Source: Lentisphaerae bacterium GWF2_38_69
GTDB lineage: Bacteria; Verrucomicrobiota; Lentisphaeria; Victivallales; GWF2-38-69
NCBI GenBank assembly: GCA_001803205.1
Contig: MHBE01000032.1
Span: 25,441 to 89,440, forward strand
Direction: 5' to 3'
DNA: 64,000 nucleotides
A program made the position numbers and the translations under genes. Within the stretch, counting starts at the first letter, position 1; every line of letters starts with the position of its first letter. Positions 55,620-64,000 of this stretch are shown here, in pieces. The notes beneath the pieces were generated by a model. The model worked only from the letters and a program-made list of their open reading frames with translations, ran no database searches and was not told where the DNA came from.

Positions 55620-55669
55620 ATTACAGATTATAGCTTGAGCTTCAATAAAATAAATTGCCCTTTGCTTTT

Positions 55670-57334
55670 ATGAATAGATATATTAAGAATTTTCTTTCAA
55701 TAGGATTTTTTACAAGTTTTATTGTTCTTTTTTTGTTTATATACTATCCGGCACTAGGAAAAATATCATTAAATAAAGGATTTGAACAGAAAGATAAAAA
55801 AAATGAAGATTCAACTTTTGTTCTAAAAGGTTATGCTCCTGAAGAAAGTAAATGGATAGAATTTAAAATTCCTGCTGCTTCCAGGCGCATAAAGATTACA
55901 TCGAATGCAACTTTTTATTTCAATCCAAGAGAAAAATCATTTCCATACTCAATAAACTACGAAATACTTGATAAGTCAGGGAATATTCTCCTTTCAAATA
56001 CTTATTTTCAGTTAGGAAAAATTAATTTGTACAAGGGAAAAGGCTCAAATAGGATTTTATCTGAACCCTTTTTAATAGACGGAAATGCTTATTTAACAAA
56101 AAATAGCGACATCGTTATTCCCTTGCAGAAAATAAACAATGCTGTTGTATTGAAAGTAAGATGGATCAAATCAGATGCTTTTTCCGGAAAAATTATAATC
56201 AGAGCTTCAAAAATGAATGAATTTTCAGAAAAAAAACATGAAAGCTATTGGATGAGGATAACTGAAGGGAAAAAGAAAGAATTAGCCCAGAACAGCATTT
56301 TCCCTTTTCAAGAATTAAAAACTGAAGAAATTGAGAATATTCTTTCTTCGAAATGGAAATATTTAACGCTGATTCCAAAAGAAGAGAATGTGAATTATGG
56401 ATGCAGGATAGGAACAATCCCTAGAATTGCATTAAAGCTATTGCGCATTTCCAGAGTTCAAATGGACAGCTCTGAGGATAAAAAAATAAAATCTGAAATT
56501 TTCAGACTCTATCTGCAAAGTGCAGGAGGAGTATTTAAAATCCCTAGCCTGAAAAATATAAAAAAAGCTGAGGCTCTTTTTCAAGATATTTTTAATCAAA
56601 ATAAAATCACAAATGAAACAATAAATAAATTTGCAGAACTTGGGTTTGACCTGAAAGAAATAAAGAAGAAAAATAATTATTACATAGTTGTTCATGAAAA
56701 AGAAGGCCATAAACAAGGGAAAGGATTCTATATTTTCTGCAGGAATTCGAAAATTAAAAACTGCTCTCTCGAAATCCCGCATAGATTTTTTGATGATCAA
56801 ACCGGCATAATCGGTTTCAAAATGTTAGTCACTGGAAATTTTTCTGCTGCTGCATGGAATACTGTCCACAGATACCAGACACCAAACAATATGACCGGTT
56901 CTTCAGATATGGCTCATAACAAACGATCTTATTTTCACGCATTTACTCAAGCGTTCAGAAAAAGCAATGATGCTAATGTCCTGCTTCAATTGCATGGCTT
57001 TAATGGACATAGGCATAATTTAGGAAAAGATTTTCCCTGTGTAATTCTTAGTGAGGGGAAAAATGAATCTAATGTTAAATTCCTTGATCTCAGCAATATC
57101 ATAAAATCTATAATTAAAATACCTGTATTTATATATCCTATTGACAATAAAATAGAAGAATTATCAGCGCAGGGGAATATTGCTGCTGCAGATTTTCTGA
57201 AATCGAAAACGCAAAAGATTTTTGTACATTTCGAAATGAATAAACTCTTAAGAGATAAATTTATAGCTGATAAAGCGTTTCTAAAATATTTTTCAATTAC
57301 CTTGAATAATGCTGCAGGAAAAATTAATGAATAA
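55670..57334 (+). CDS. membrane-anchored protein of unknown function; C-terminal region with possible zinc-amidohydrolase (PghP-like) motif spacing
   Basis: The start is ATG at 55670 (the TTG at 55655 is also in frame). Has an N-terminal TM FLSIGFFTSFIVLFLFIYY. The C-terminal motifs are IPHRFFDDQTG ... DMAHNKRSYF ... LLQLHGF, spaced about 38 and 22 aa apart. This spacing is reminiscent of the H-x4-E ... H(I/V)TS ... HG zinc-site pattern of poly-gamma-glutamate hydrolase PghP. The evidence is weak and pattern-level only. Confidence 0.35.
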   Translation: MNRYIKNFLSIGFFTSFIVLFLFIYYPALGKISLNKGFEQKDKKNEDSTFVLKGYAPEESKWIEFKIPAASRRIKITSNATFYFNPREKSFPYSINYEILDKSGNILLSNTYFQLGKINLYKGKGSNRILSEPFLIDGNAYLTKNSDIVIPLQKINNAVVLKVRWIKSDAFSGKIIIRASKMNEFSEKKHESYWMRITEGKKKELAQNSIFPFQELKTEEIENILSSKWKYLTLIPKEENVNYGCRIGTIPRIALKLLRISRVQMDSSEDKKIKSEIFRLYLQSAGGVFKIPSLKNIKKAEALFQDIFNQNKITNETINKFAELGFDLKEIKKKNNYYIVVHEKEGHKQGKGFYIFCRNSKIKNCSLEIPHRFFDDQTGIIGFKMLVTGNFSAAAWNTVHRYQTPNNMTGSSDMAHNKRSYFHAFTQAFRKSNDANVLLQLHGFNGHRHNLGKDFPCVILSEGKNESNVKFLDLSNIIKSIIKIPVFIYPIDNKIEELSAQGNIAAADFLKSKTQKIFVHFEMNKLLRDKFIADKAFLKYFSITLNNAAGKINE

Positions 57335-60300
57335 CGAATTAATTTTTAACTTCAAAAAAAGCCAGCCTCTCATATGGTACTGCCTTTCTGCCAAAGAACT
57401 GAAAATTATTAAAAAAATAAAACCTGAAAAATTAGAAAAGTATTTGACAGAGATAGTCAAAGATAGCTCTGATTCAAAAAAAATATCCTTCGTATTCAGA
57501 TTTATCCCTTCCATCCAAAATTTTCCAAACCATGATGCATTTATTCTGAAAGGAATTAATCTGCTTAACAACTCAAAATCTATTAGGATTAAATCTAGTG
57601 TACTATACTACCTTACTAAGGTTAACTTAAATAACTTTCATTCATTTCTTTTGACAAATACTTTTGCAGCGCTGATACTTGACAATACTAATAATTTCCA
57701 ACTTGCCTTCATGGCACTTGTCCTTTTGAAAAATATCGATGCCGATCGATTCTTAAAGGTTTGCGGCAAAATTTTGCTCATTGACGAAACTAAGATGATT
57801 TTTCACAAGAAGAAAGTTGCGTCTTTGCTGATGGATATGCATTTGAACAATAAATACGCGACAGAAATGCTTGAACAGCTTTTTAATGAAAACATTCCTT
57901 TTGTTCAGAAGGGAATAGCCGAAAATTTACATCTTCTGAACAATCATAATGAAATTTTGAAATGGTTAAACAGAATTTATTCAGAATCTGAAAATGGCGT
58001 AATTTGTACTGCAATAAGAAGCATTTTATCAGTACATGTTTCTGATGGTAATTTTAAAGCAATTCTGAATATTCTGAAAAAAACCAACACTGAAGTTCAG
58101 TTATTTAGCATTGAAACACTGACTGAATTTTTCATTAGATTAAAAAAATCAGATAAAGAACGATTCTTTATATTACTTGAAGCGGCAGTCCCATTGATGG
58201 AAGAGCTCTTCGAAAAAACCAGCAACGATTCTGTCTGCAAGGCATTGAAGCTGTCATTGGAGAGGCTTTGGATTGAAACCAATGATTCAGCTTCAGAAAT
58301 ATTTTTAAAACTTAAAAATTTACTCAAAAAAAAGAGAAGAACCAAAAAAATAGAAATTCCGCTTCATCTCATCTCTTCCTGTAATGAAGAAACTTTAGGC
58401 AGGGTTTTAGCTGTAATAGCGCAGGAAGATTTTTGCATTCAACTTATAAAATCAGTTTTCGGGAAATTTTATTTGGTCAAAGATGCTTTTTTCAAATTCA
58501 GGTTATGGAGGTTTTTACACGAATTAAGACATTCATCTACTTCAAAAAGACAGAGCTGGAAAAACACTGTAGGCAGACATTTTATCGGGAGAAACAGGGC
58601 GGCATCGTCAATATTAGCTGAACAAGCTAAGACAGATGTTCCTGGAGAAAACATTTTAAATGACAGCATACCAGCTTCAATTCCTATGATAGATGATTTT
58701 ATTTCCGCTTCGGAATCATCCGAAGATTATAAAATATTTTCACCTGAAGGAATAACAATAATAAAGCCGCCAGAGAGCATATTTAAAAAGCTCTATGCCG
58801 AATTAAATGTCGCATGGAATTTCAATAAACTCTCAAATTTGAGAAATTCAGCTGAAAATTCTTATATTTGCAGTTTCAGAAAACTTGGATTTCAAGTTAA
58901 TATTGTGCCTTATTCCTCTGACAAAATATTTTCTTCCTTGCCAGGCCGGCTCTCAAAAAAATTATTCTCCGTATCTTTCGTTTTCCCTTCCATGCTAAAT
59001 AGCTACATTGATGATTTAAAAACTTACTTTATCTCATTGTATTCAAATTCCATCAGAGAACTTGCATTGTTCTTATCAGCTTTTATAGCATGTTTCATTG
59101 TTAGGCACCTAATAGTAAATGCGCTTTATAAATATTACAGAACATCTTTTCTGCTATGCATCGGGGGATGGGGCACAAGAGGAAAGTCCAGTGTAGAAAG
59201 GATGAAAACAGCGCTTTTTGCATATCAGGGATGTAATGTTATAAGTAAAACTACCGGAAGCGAAGCCGCCTTTACTTATTCAGTTAATAATGAAAAGCCA
59301 ATATCAGTTCCTATCTTCAGGCCTTACGGGAAGGCAACAATATGGGAGCAGCTCAAATTCACCAGATTAGCTTCAAAAGTGAATGCTGAGATTTTTCTTT
59401 GGGAATGTATGGCCATATCTCCAAAGTATGTCAAAATAATGCAGCATTCATGGCTTCATGACAACTACTCAACAATTACTAATACATATCCTGACCATGA
59501 AGATCATCAAGGACCAGCAGGATGGAATGTAGCCGAAACCATGGCTAATTTCGTGCCCGATAAAGGAATGCTGCTTACAACTGAAACACAGATGTATCCG
59601 TTCCTGAAAGATGAATGCGAAAAGAATAATAGTTCATTTGTAAAAATAAGCGGGAATGAAAATGTGCTTATAACATCGGACATACTCGGACTTTTCCCTT
59701 ATAAAGAACACCCTTCAAATATATCTCTTGTTTTAAAACTGGCAAATGAATTGGGTATTGATGGAGATGTGGCTCTTAAAGGAATAATAGATACAGTTAA
59801 ACCAGATATAGGGGCTTTAAAAGAATATAATCCAGTGATAGCAAACGGCAAAAAAATTACATTTATATCAGGGATGTCAGCAAATGAAAAAACTGCCTGC
59901 ATTTATAACTGGAATGCATTACAGATGAATACCTTTCAAAAAAATACTTTGAGGGCAGTATTAATAAATAATAGAGCTGATAGACCCTCAAGATCAAAAA
60001 TTTTTGCAGATCTAATAGCAAATGCCGAATTGGATTGCGATAAATACTTTCTTATAGGCAGTAATCTTGATTCATTTCTTTCCCATGTGAGAAAGTTATG
60101 CCATAATAAAGAGGAACTCCTGAAAAAATTTGTCGTTATACATGATTACCATATACATCCTGCAAAACTTTTTGAACTTTTTGAATCACATATTCCGGAA
60201 GGATGGTCCATGAAAATAATGGGTATTCAGAATATAAAAGGTGTCGGAATAAATATTTGCCGATGGCTTGAAAATCCTGATGATTATTGTTCCTGTGCAA

Positions 60301-60455
60301 GAAGAACAAGATATTTTGCTTTTATAACAGATTTTTTCGATCCAATTTTTATGATTTTTAAAAAAAGCAGAGCTAACTCTATTTATAGAAGTCTTGTAAA
60401 AGGAAAAGTAAGTCCGGCTTATGCAATAAAAAAACTTGATGAACTGAGCTCATAA
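57309..60455 (+). CDS. 1048-aa fusion: N-terminal ~590-aa helical-repeat (HEAT/ARM-like) region + TM + PgsB/CapB-like Mur-ligase-fold amide ligase
   Basis: The C-terminal ~450 aa is collinear with B. subtilis PgsB as I recall it. GGWGTRGKSSVERM matches NGIRGKSTVTRL. SKTTGSEAAFTY matches GKTTGTDARMIY. WECMAISPKY matches SECMAVNPDY. NTYPDHEDHQGP matches NVLEDHMDVMGP. KPDIGAL matches PPDPGAM. INNRADRPSRS matches MNCRADRVDRT. A TM segment (LALFLSAFIACFIV) precedes it, as in PgsB. Its start overlaps the upstream gene by 26 nt. Confidence 0.6.
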   Translation: MLQEKLMNNELIFNFKKSQPLIWYCLSAKELKIIKKIKPEKLEKYLTEIVKDSSDSKKISFVFRFIPSIQNFPNHDAFILKGINLLNNSKSIRIKSSVLYYLTKVNLNNFHSFLLTNTFAALILDNTNNFQLAFMALVLLKNIDADRFLKVCGKILLIDETKMIFHKKKVASLLMDMHLNNKYATEMLEQLFNENIPFVQKGIAENLHLLNNHNEILKWLNRIYSESENGVICTAIRSILSVHVSDGNFKAILNILKKTNTEVQLFSIETLTEFFIRLKKSDKERFFILLEAAVPLMEELFEKTSNDSVCKALKLSLERLWIETNDSASEIFLKLKNLLKKKRRTKKIEIPLHLISSCNEETLGRVLAVIAQEDFCIQLIKSVFGKFYLVKDAFFKFRLWRFLHELRHSSTSKRQSWKNTVGRHFIGRNRAASSILAEQAKTDVPGENILNDSIPASIPMIDDFISASESSEDYKIFSPEGITIIKPPESIFKKLYAELNVAWNFNKLSNLRNSAENSYICSFRKLGFQVNIVPYSSDKIFSSLPGRLSKKLFSVSFVFPSMLNSYIDDLKTYFISLYSNSIRELALFLSAFIACFIVRHLIVNALYKYYRTSFLLCIGGWGTRGKSSVERMKTALFAYQGCNVISKTTGSEAAFTYSVNNEKPISVPIFRPYGKATIWEQLKFTRLASKVNAEIFLWECMAISPKYVKIMQHSWLHDNYSTITNTYPDHEDHQGPAGWNVAETMANFVPDKGMLLTTETQMYPFLKDECEKNNSSFVKISGNENVLITSDILGLFPYKEHPSNISLVLKLANELGIDGDVALKGIIDTVKPDIGALKEYNPVIANGKKITFISGMSANEKTACIYNWNALQMNTFQKNTLRAVLINNRADRPSRSKIFADLIANAELDCDKYFLIGSNLDSFLSHVRKLCHNKEELLKKFVVIHDYHIHPAKLFELFESHIPEGWSMKIMGIQNIKGVGINICRWLENPDDYCSCARRTRYFAFITDFFDPIFMIFKKSRANSIYRSLVKGKVSPAYAIKKLDELSS

Positions 60456-60519
60456 ACTTAAATTACTATTATTAGATAATATTATTACACTGAAAGAAAA
60501 AGGATAAAAAGTTATATCT

Positions 60520-61275
60520 ATGAAGTCATTTTTTCTTCAAAAAAATAAAATCTATTTTCTACTCCTGCTTTCTATCATATTTTTAAAAAGTACTGCTTTA
60601 TTAGCTTATGATAGTGATACAGTTAAAATACTTAATCCTAAACAGTCCCAGATTATAAAAGAATATATTTCTGCGATACAGAAATTTGATCGGTTGATTG
60701 ATTATGAACCAAATAATTCTGAAGCATATGCCAAAAGGGCATTATGCAAAGATCTGATAGGTGACTGGAAAGGAGCTATTGAGGATTACAGCACTGCTTC
60801 TAAACTTGATCCAAAAAAAGCTGAAGGATATCTGCTTGCAATTGGATCCATTAACAACAAATTAGGCAATTTTTCCGAAGCAGTACATTCATATGACAAG
60901 GCTATTGCTTTAAATCAGAAAAATTCTGCTGCTTATTTTCTCAGAGGAGCCTCTAAACAGCTTCTCAGGAATTACAAAGGAGCTATTGAGGATTATGATA
61001 AAGCTATTGAACTCTTTCCACAATTTACACAGGCGTATAGCGCAAAGGGAACTGTTCTGCTTGAAGAAAAAGATCTGTTAAAAGCTATTTCTGACTTCGA
61101 TAAAGCAATCAAAATAAATCCGAATTATGCTAAAGCCTATTATGGAAAAGGATTGGCAGAGGAACGATTAGATAGGAAAAAAGACGCTTTGCAAGATTTT
61201 ACAAAAGCTTTTGAGTTAGGCTTTCCTCCAGCAGGCGCTAAATTGAAAGATTTAAAAACCGATTCATCAAAATAA
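60520..61275 (+). CDS. secreted TPR-repeat protein
   Basis: Has a signal-like N-terminus (IYFLLLLSIIFLKSTALLA) and about 5 TPR units with recurring A.(Y/F)..(R/K)(A/G)......(Y/W)KGAIEDY(D/S)KAI.L.P. Confidence 0.85.
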   Translation: MKSFFLQKNKIYFLLLLSIIFLKSTALLAYDSDTVKILNPKQSQIIKEYISAIQKFDRLIDYEPNNSEAYAKRALCKDLIGDWKGAIEDYSTASKLDPKKAEGYLLAIGSINNKLGNFSEAVHSYDKAIALNQKNSAAYFLRGASKQLLRNYKGAIEDYDKAIELFPQFTQAYSAKGTVLLEEKDLLKAISDFDKAIKINPNYAKAYYGKGLAEERLDRKKDALQDFTKAFELGFPPAGAKLKDLKTDSSK

Positions 61276-61278
61276 AAA

Positions 61279-61306
61279 TGGTGGTCCCGACTGGACTCGA
61301 ACCAGT
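61279..61306 (-). other. truncated tRNA 3-prime end (T arm + acceptor + CCA only): putative att site of an integrative element
   Basis: The minus strand reads ACTGG-TTCGAGT-CCAGT-CGGGACC-A-CCA, which is a perfect T stem-loop, the 3-prime acceptor strand, the discriminator and CCA. The complementary 5-prime acceptor strand GGTCCCG and the D/anticodon arms are absent from the next ~80 nt. Confidence 0.6.
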
Positions 61307-61333
61307 GTATTTTGTATCTGTATAACTTCATTT

Positions 61334-61377
61334 TATCCACTTTTTATCCCCTTTTAGCTTGTCATATCCACTTTTTA
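61334..61377. repeat. 13-bp direct repeat pair between att-like site and integrase gene (candidate arm-type binding sites)
   Basis: TATCCACTTTTTA occurs at 61334-61346 and 61365-61377, 31 bp centre to centre. Confidence 0.4.
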
Positions 61378-61380
61378 GGC

Positions 61381-61413
61381 AATAATAGTTAATAGCAGTT
61401 AGCAACTATTATT
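61381..61413. promoter_or_regulatory. perfect 10-bp inverted repeat abutting the integrase start codon
   Basis: AATAATAGTT (61381-61390) and AACTATTATT (61404-61413) are separated by 13 nt. The ATG at 61414 follows directly. Confidence 0.35.
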
Positions 61414-62694
61414 ATGGTGGTATTTATGGCAACTGATAAAAAGAATCTCAAGAAAATTAGAGATGTCTTCTACCTTAGAACTAAAGTTGACGGGAAAGAA
61501 ATATTAAAGTCTCTTGGAGTCAGAACGCTTGCAGAAGCTAAAACCAAGAGAGATGAATTCTTGTCAGGAGCAAGAGATGTTAAAACTCAGTCAGATGTTA
61601 TTTATAAAGTAGCAAGAGCAAAGAAAATTTATCAACCAAAGAAATTCCTAATAGAAAATATTATACCTGAATTCAGAACCTCTCTTGAAACGGCTAAGAG
61701 CAAACCAGGCGAACCTCTTCTGAATATGTATTGCTACTGGATTAAAGAGTTTCAGAATTGGCTCCATCAAAATGACTCTCCTATTAAGTATCTATCTGAA
61801 ATCAATACAGATATTGCAAAGAAATATGCAAAAAACCTATATCACAGCAATATCAGTCCGAAAACCTACAATGAGAAAATAAATTGCCTTGCCAGAATGT
61901 TTAAGCTGATAAATGGATCAGTTAATACACCTTTTGACGAAAAAGACGAAAGCGGCAATACAAATATTGAACGGCTTAATAAAGAAACAGTATCTAGGGA
62001 AGTTTTCACAAGAGAGGACGCCATTAGGATATTAAACAGCTTCAATGAAATAAATATCCCTTTCAGGAATGAATATGAGCTTCTTTTTTATCTCGGAGCT
62101 TATACCGGAATGAGACTAAAAGACTGTGCTTTATTGCTATGGGATAAAGTAAATTTTGCAGCAAATAATATTACAACCAGACCTTATAAGACTCAGAAAC
62201 ATAATATTGAAGTGCAAGTACCAATGCACCCAAATTTAAGGGCAAAGCTAATTACTGCAAACAACCCTGAAAATCAATATGTGATGCAGAATCTAGCAGA
62301 AACATATCTCAGGAACCCAAAGGCAGTAGGCAAAGTTATAAGCAGGATATTGGAGCTTAACGGCCTTACAAATCCAAAGGTGGAAAATAAAAAATCTCCT
62401 TGCTTATATGGTTTTCACTCATGGAGATATTTCTTCTCAAGCATATGCGCAGAACAAGGGATTCCTCTTGATGTAGTTAAAAACCTTGTAGGCCACATGA
62501 ACGAGGCTATGACTAGAAGTTACACTAAAATCTCAGATAATAAATTTCATCAGCAGGAGATTGCTAAGTTTCAAATCACGGAACCCACACCAGAACAGGA
62601 CTCACTCAAAAAAACGCTTCTGAAGAGGCTGGAAACGCTTCCAGATTCAACCTTAAGTCAAGTATTAAAACTTCTTGATACGATTGAGGCATAG
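61414..62694 (+). CDS. int: tyrosine recombinase / phage-type integrase
   Basis: The C-terminal catalytic pattern is GMRLKD (Arg I), GFHSWRYFF (HxxR) and LVGHMNEAMTRSYTK (His...Tyr). An alternative start is the ATG at 61426. Confidence 0.85.
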   Translation: MVVFMATDKKNLKKIRDVFYLRTKVDGKEILKSLGVRTLAEAKTKRDEFLSGARDVKTQSDVIYKVARAKKIYQPKKFLIENIIPEFRTSLETAKSKPGEPLLNMYCYWIKEFQNWLHQNDSPIKYLSEINTDIAKKYAKNLYHSNISPKTYNEKINCLARMFKLINGSVNTPFDEKDESGNTNIERLNKETVSREVFTREDAIRILNSFNEINIPFRNEYELLFYLGAYTGMRLKDCALLLWDKVNFAANNITTRPYKTQKHNIEVQVPMHPNLRAKLITANNPENQYVMQNLAETYLRNPKAVGKVISRILELNGLTNPKVENKKSPCLYGFHSWRYFFSSICAEQGIPLDVVKNLVGHMNEAMTRSYTKISDNKFHQQEIAKFQITEPTPEQDSLKKTLLKRLETLPDSTLSQVLKLLDTIEA

Positions 62695-62697
62695 ATT

Positions 62698-63528
62698 ATG
62701 GATAAATACACTCAACAGTTTTTAGAATACTTAAATAGGCATATAAACTCAAAGCTATATGAGAAGTTTAAAACACTTTTAAATAATGCCTATGACGATG
62801 AAGGTATTTTTAATCTACCTTTTAGTAATAATGACTTTCAAATCAGTGAAGTCCAAGAAATATACAAACATGCAAGAGAATACTTTCCTTTTATCCCACA
62901 AATCTATTCGGAAATGGATATTGCTAAAAATACTGATGAGGTCTTATCTGTGGGAAAGTCAATTTATTATTCGCCTGGAAAAATCAGCTACTACCTTTGC
63001 TCATTGGTACAAACTATTCTCGAGTCAACTTACTTATCTAACACAATCTCTAACTCGAATGAACTTACTTTTTCCCATTGGTTAGATAGTTTTAAGTGTA
63101 GAATTGAAAAAGAATTCAATAATAAACCTAACTTAGCTGACCCCCTTAGTGCCCTTTGTGATATATGTGCCGAACATTTATCAAATGATAATCAATATGA
63201 TTTGCTTGAGACAGTGTTTAATCTAGGCTATCAAACTGCCTGCAATCAACTGGAACAAAGAGGTTTTGATAAAAGGATATTAGGCTCGTCAAGAATCAGA
63301 GAGGGACAATTAAATTATAGGAATGATATGCAAATTCCTAAAAACCAAAATAACAGGGATTATTCGGAATTCTTAAAACTTCAAAAAGAAAATCCTGATT
63401 TAGCAAAAAATCAAATTTACATAAAAATAGCAAAAAAATATTATAATCAAGACTATATATCTGACCCATCAAGAGTTACAGATAAAATAAAAAGTGCTAT
63501 TTATAGAAAAGTAAAACCTTCAAGATAG
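62698..63528 (+). CDS. hypothetical protein (island-borne)
   Basis: A 276-aa ORF starting 3 nt after the integrase stop. I recognise no motifs in it. Confidence 0.5.
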   Translation: MDKYTQQFLEYLNRHINSKLYEKFKTLLNNAYDDEGIFNLPFSNNDFQISEVQEIYKHAREYFPFIPQIYSEMDIAKNTDEVLSVGKSIYYSPGKISYYLCSLVQTILESTYLSNTISNSNELTFSHWLDSFKCRIEKEFNNKPNLADPLSALCDICAEHLSNDNQYDLLETVFNLGYQTACNQLEQRGFDKRILGSSRIREGQLNYRNDMQIPKNQNNRDYSEFLKLQKENPDLAKNQIYIKIAKKYYNQDYISDPSRVTDKIKSAIYRKVKPSR

Positions 63529-63547
63529 GACGGTTTTTAAGCGTCCT
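63527..63547 (+). terminator. weak hairpin after the 276-aa gene
   Basis: AGGACG (63527-63532) pairs with CGTCCT (63542-63547) across a 9-nt loop, followed by TTTG. The stem is short and the U-tract is poor. Confidence 0.25.
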
Positions 63548-63616
63548 TTGCCTCTAATAACTAAATTTGCCGTCAAGCTCAAATAACTGAGCGAAACTTT
63601 AATAAAAGGCGGCAAA

Positions 63617-63925
63617 ATGAATCAACTACAGTACACCCGAGAGGATATAGGTATTCTCTCGAAAAATCTCAAACCCCTCTCTCAAATGGGAGTCATTCCT
63701 GAAGAATCCATTGCTTCGATGGTAGATGTTCTCAGAAGCAATCTCTCAGGAACAGCAAAACCATCTCAAAGCCTCACAGTTAAAGAAAGTTGCAAAAGGC
63801 TCAAAATCTCAAAACCTACTCTTTATCAGCTAATCAAACGAGGCAGAATTAAGCCTATAAAGTTGATGAAATGTACTCGAGTTCTTGAATCAGAAATTGA
63901 AAAGATTCTTAGGGGTGAAGTATGA
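63617..63925 (+). CDS. excisionase/AlpA-like helix-turn-helix DNA-binding protein
   Basis: The C-terminal half, LTVKESCKRLKISKPTLYQLIKRGRIKPIKL, matches the excisionase-family HTH pattern (.a..lg(v/i)S..T(l/i)Y.l...G..P..k). Confidence 0.6.
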   Translation: MNQLQYTREDIGILSKNLKPLSQMGVIPEESIASMVDVLRSNLSGTAKPSQSLTVKESCKRLKISKPTLYQLIKRGRIKPIKLMKCTRVLESEIEKILRGEV

Positions 63926-64000
63926 CGGATATTCAAGATATTAAGCGCCGGTTTTCCTGCAAAGATGTATTGAAACTTAAAGGCATTGACACACCGGCAA
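63922..64000 (+). CDS. 5-prime fragment of a gene (possibly primase/replication-type N-terminus), truncated by window edge
   Basis: The ATG overlaps the preceding stop (ATGA). MTDIQDIKRRFSCKDVLKLKGIDTPA resembles the opening of CHC2-zinc-finger primase-like proteins (I..IK.R....DVL...GI). Only 26 codons are visible. Confidence 0.25.
   Translation, partial: MTDIQDIKRRFSCKDVLKLKGIDTPA

Larger units (their letters stand above)
61279..64000. mobile_element. left end of an integrative element/genomic island (continues beyond window)
   Basis: A tRNA 3-prime fragment is directly followed by repeats, a tyrosine integrase, an unknown gene, an excisionase-like HTH gene and the start of another gene. 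The other boundary is not in the window. Confidence 0.6.

Noticed and set aside
61279-61380. Possibility that a complete minus-strand tRNA gene lies here.
   Set aside because: Only the T arm, the 3-prime acceptor strand and CCA can be drawn. The required complementary GGTCCCG (CGGGACC on the plus strand) and the anticodon and D arms are missing from the following ~80 nt, which instead contains the TATCCACTTTTTA repeats.

Overview
This is a visibly AT-rich bacterial window with about 55 protein genes, one intact tRNA-Leu(CAG) and no rRNA or CRISPR. All calls rest on motif reading of the supplied translations and the DNA; I ran no searches or structure predictions.

Most of the window looks like chromosomal housekeeping:
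- PBP fragment, plsC-like acyltransferase, cmk and hflX.
- A yjjI/yjjW-type glycyl-radical enzyme pair.
- rnc-recJ.
- A respiratory block: ndh, polyprenyl synthase, cydAB, a hybrid sensor kinase, cydDC.
- The ribD-ribE-ribBA-ribH operon.
- An operon encoding a 1450-aa glycogen-debranching-type enzyme, a low-molecular-weight phosphatase and an rpiB-glyA fusion.

The unusual loci embedded in it, most interesting first:
1. Two convergent paralogous ~430-aa proteins (26.8-29.7 kb) whose conserved motifs read like the three catalytic motifs of archaeo-eukaryotic primase (AEP) superfamily enzymes. They sit next to a zinc-ribbon miniprotein and an ATP-grasp ligase.
2. A two-gene operon (55.7-60.5 kb) encoding a 1048-aa helical-repeat/PgsB(CapB)-like amide-ligase fusion, preceded by a membrane-anchored protein with a possible PghP-like zinc-hydrolase motif set. 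No pgsC or pgsA is present.
3. A tubulin/FtsZ-superfamily GTPase gene overlapping a small winged-helix-like gene, with repeat blocks upstream. This is TubZ/TubR/tubC-like but apparently chromosomal.
4. Two divergently arranged paralogous three-gene minor-pseudopilin cassettes in GspI/J/K-like order. Their prepilin sites all lack the canonical Gly at position -1.
5. A hybrid histidine kinase inserted between cydAB and cydDC, in which both the H-box and the Hpt phospho-histidines read Asn.
6. The left end of an integrative element (truncated tRNA 3-prime end, tyrosine integrase, excisionase-like HTH) running off the right edge.

Family assignments for these unusual loci are hypotheses to be tested.
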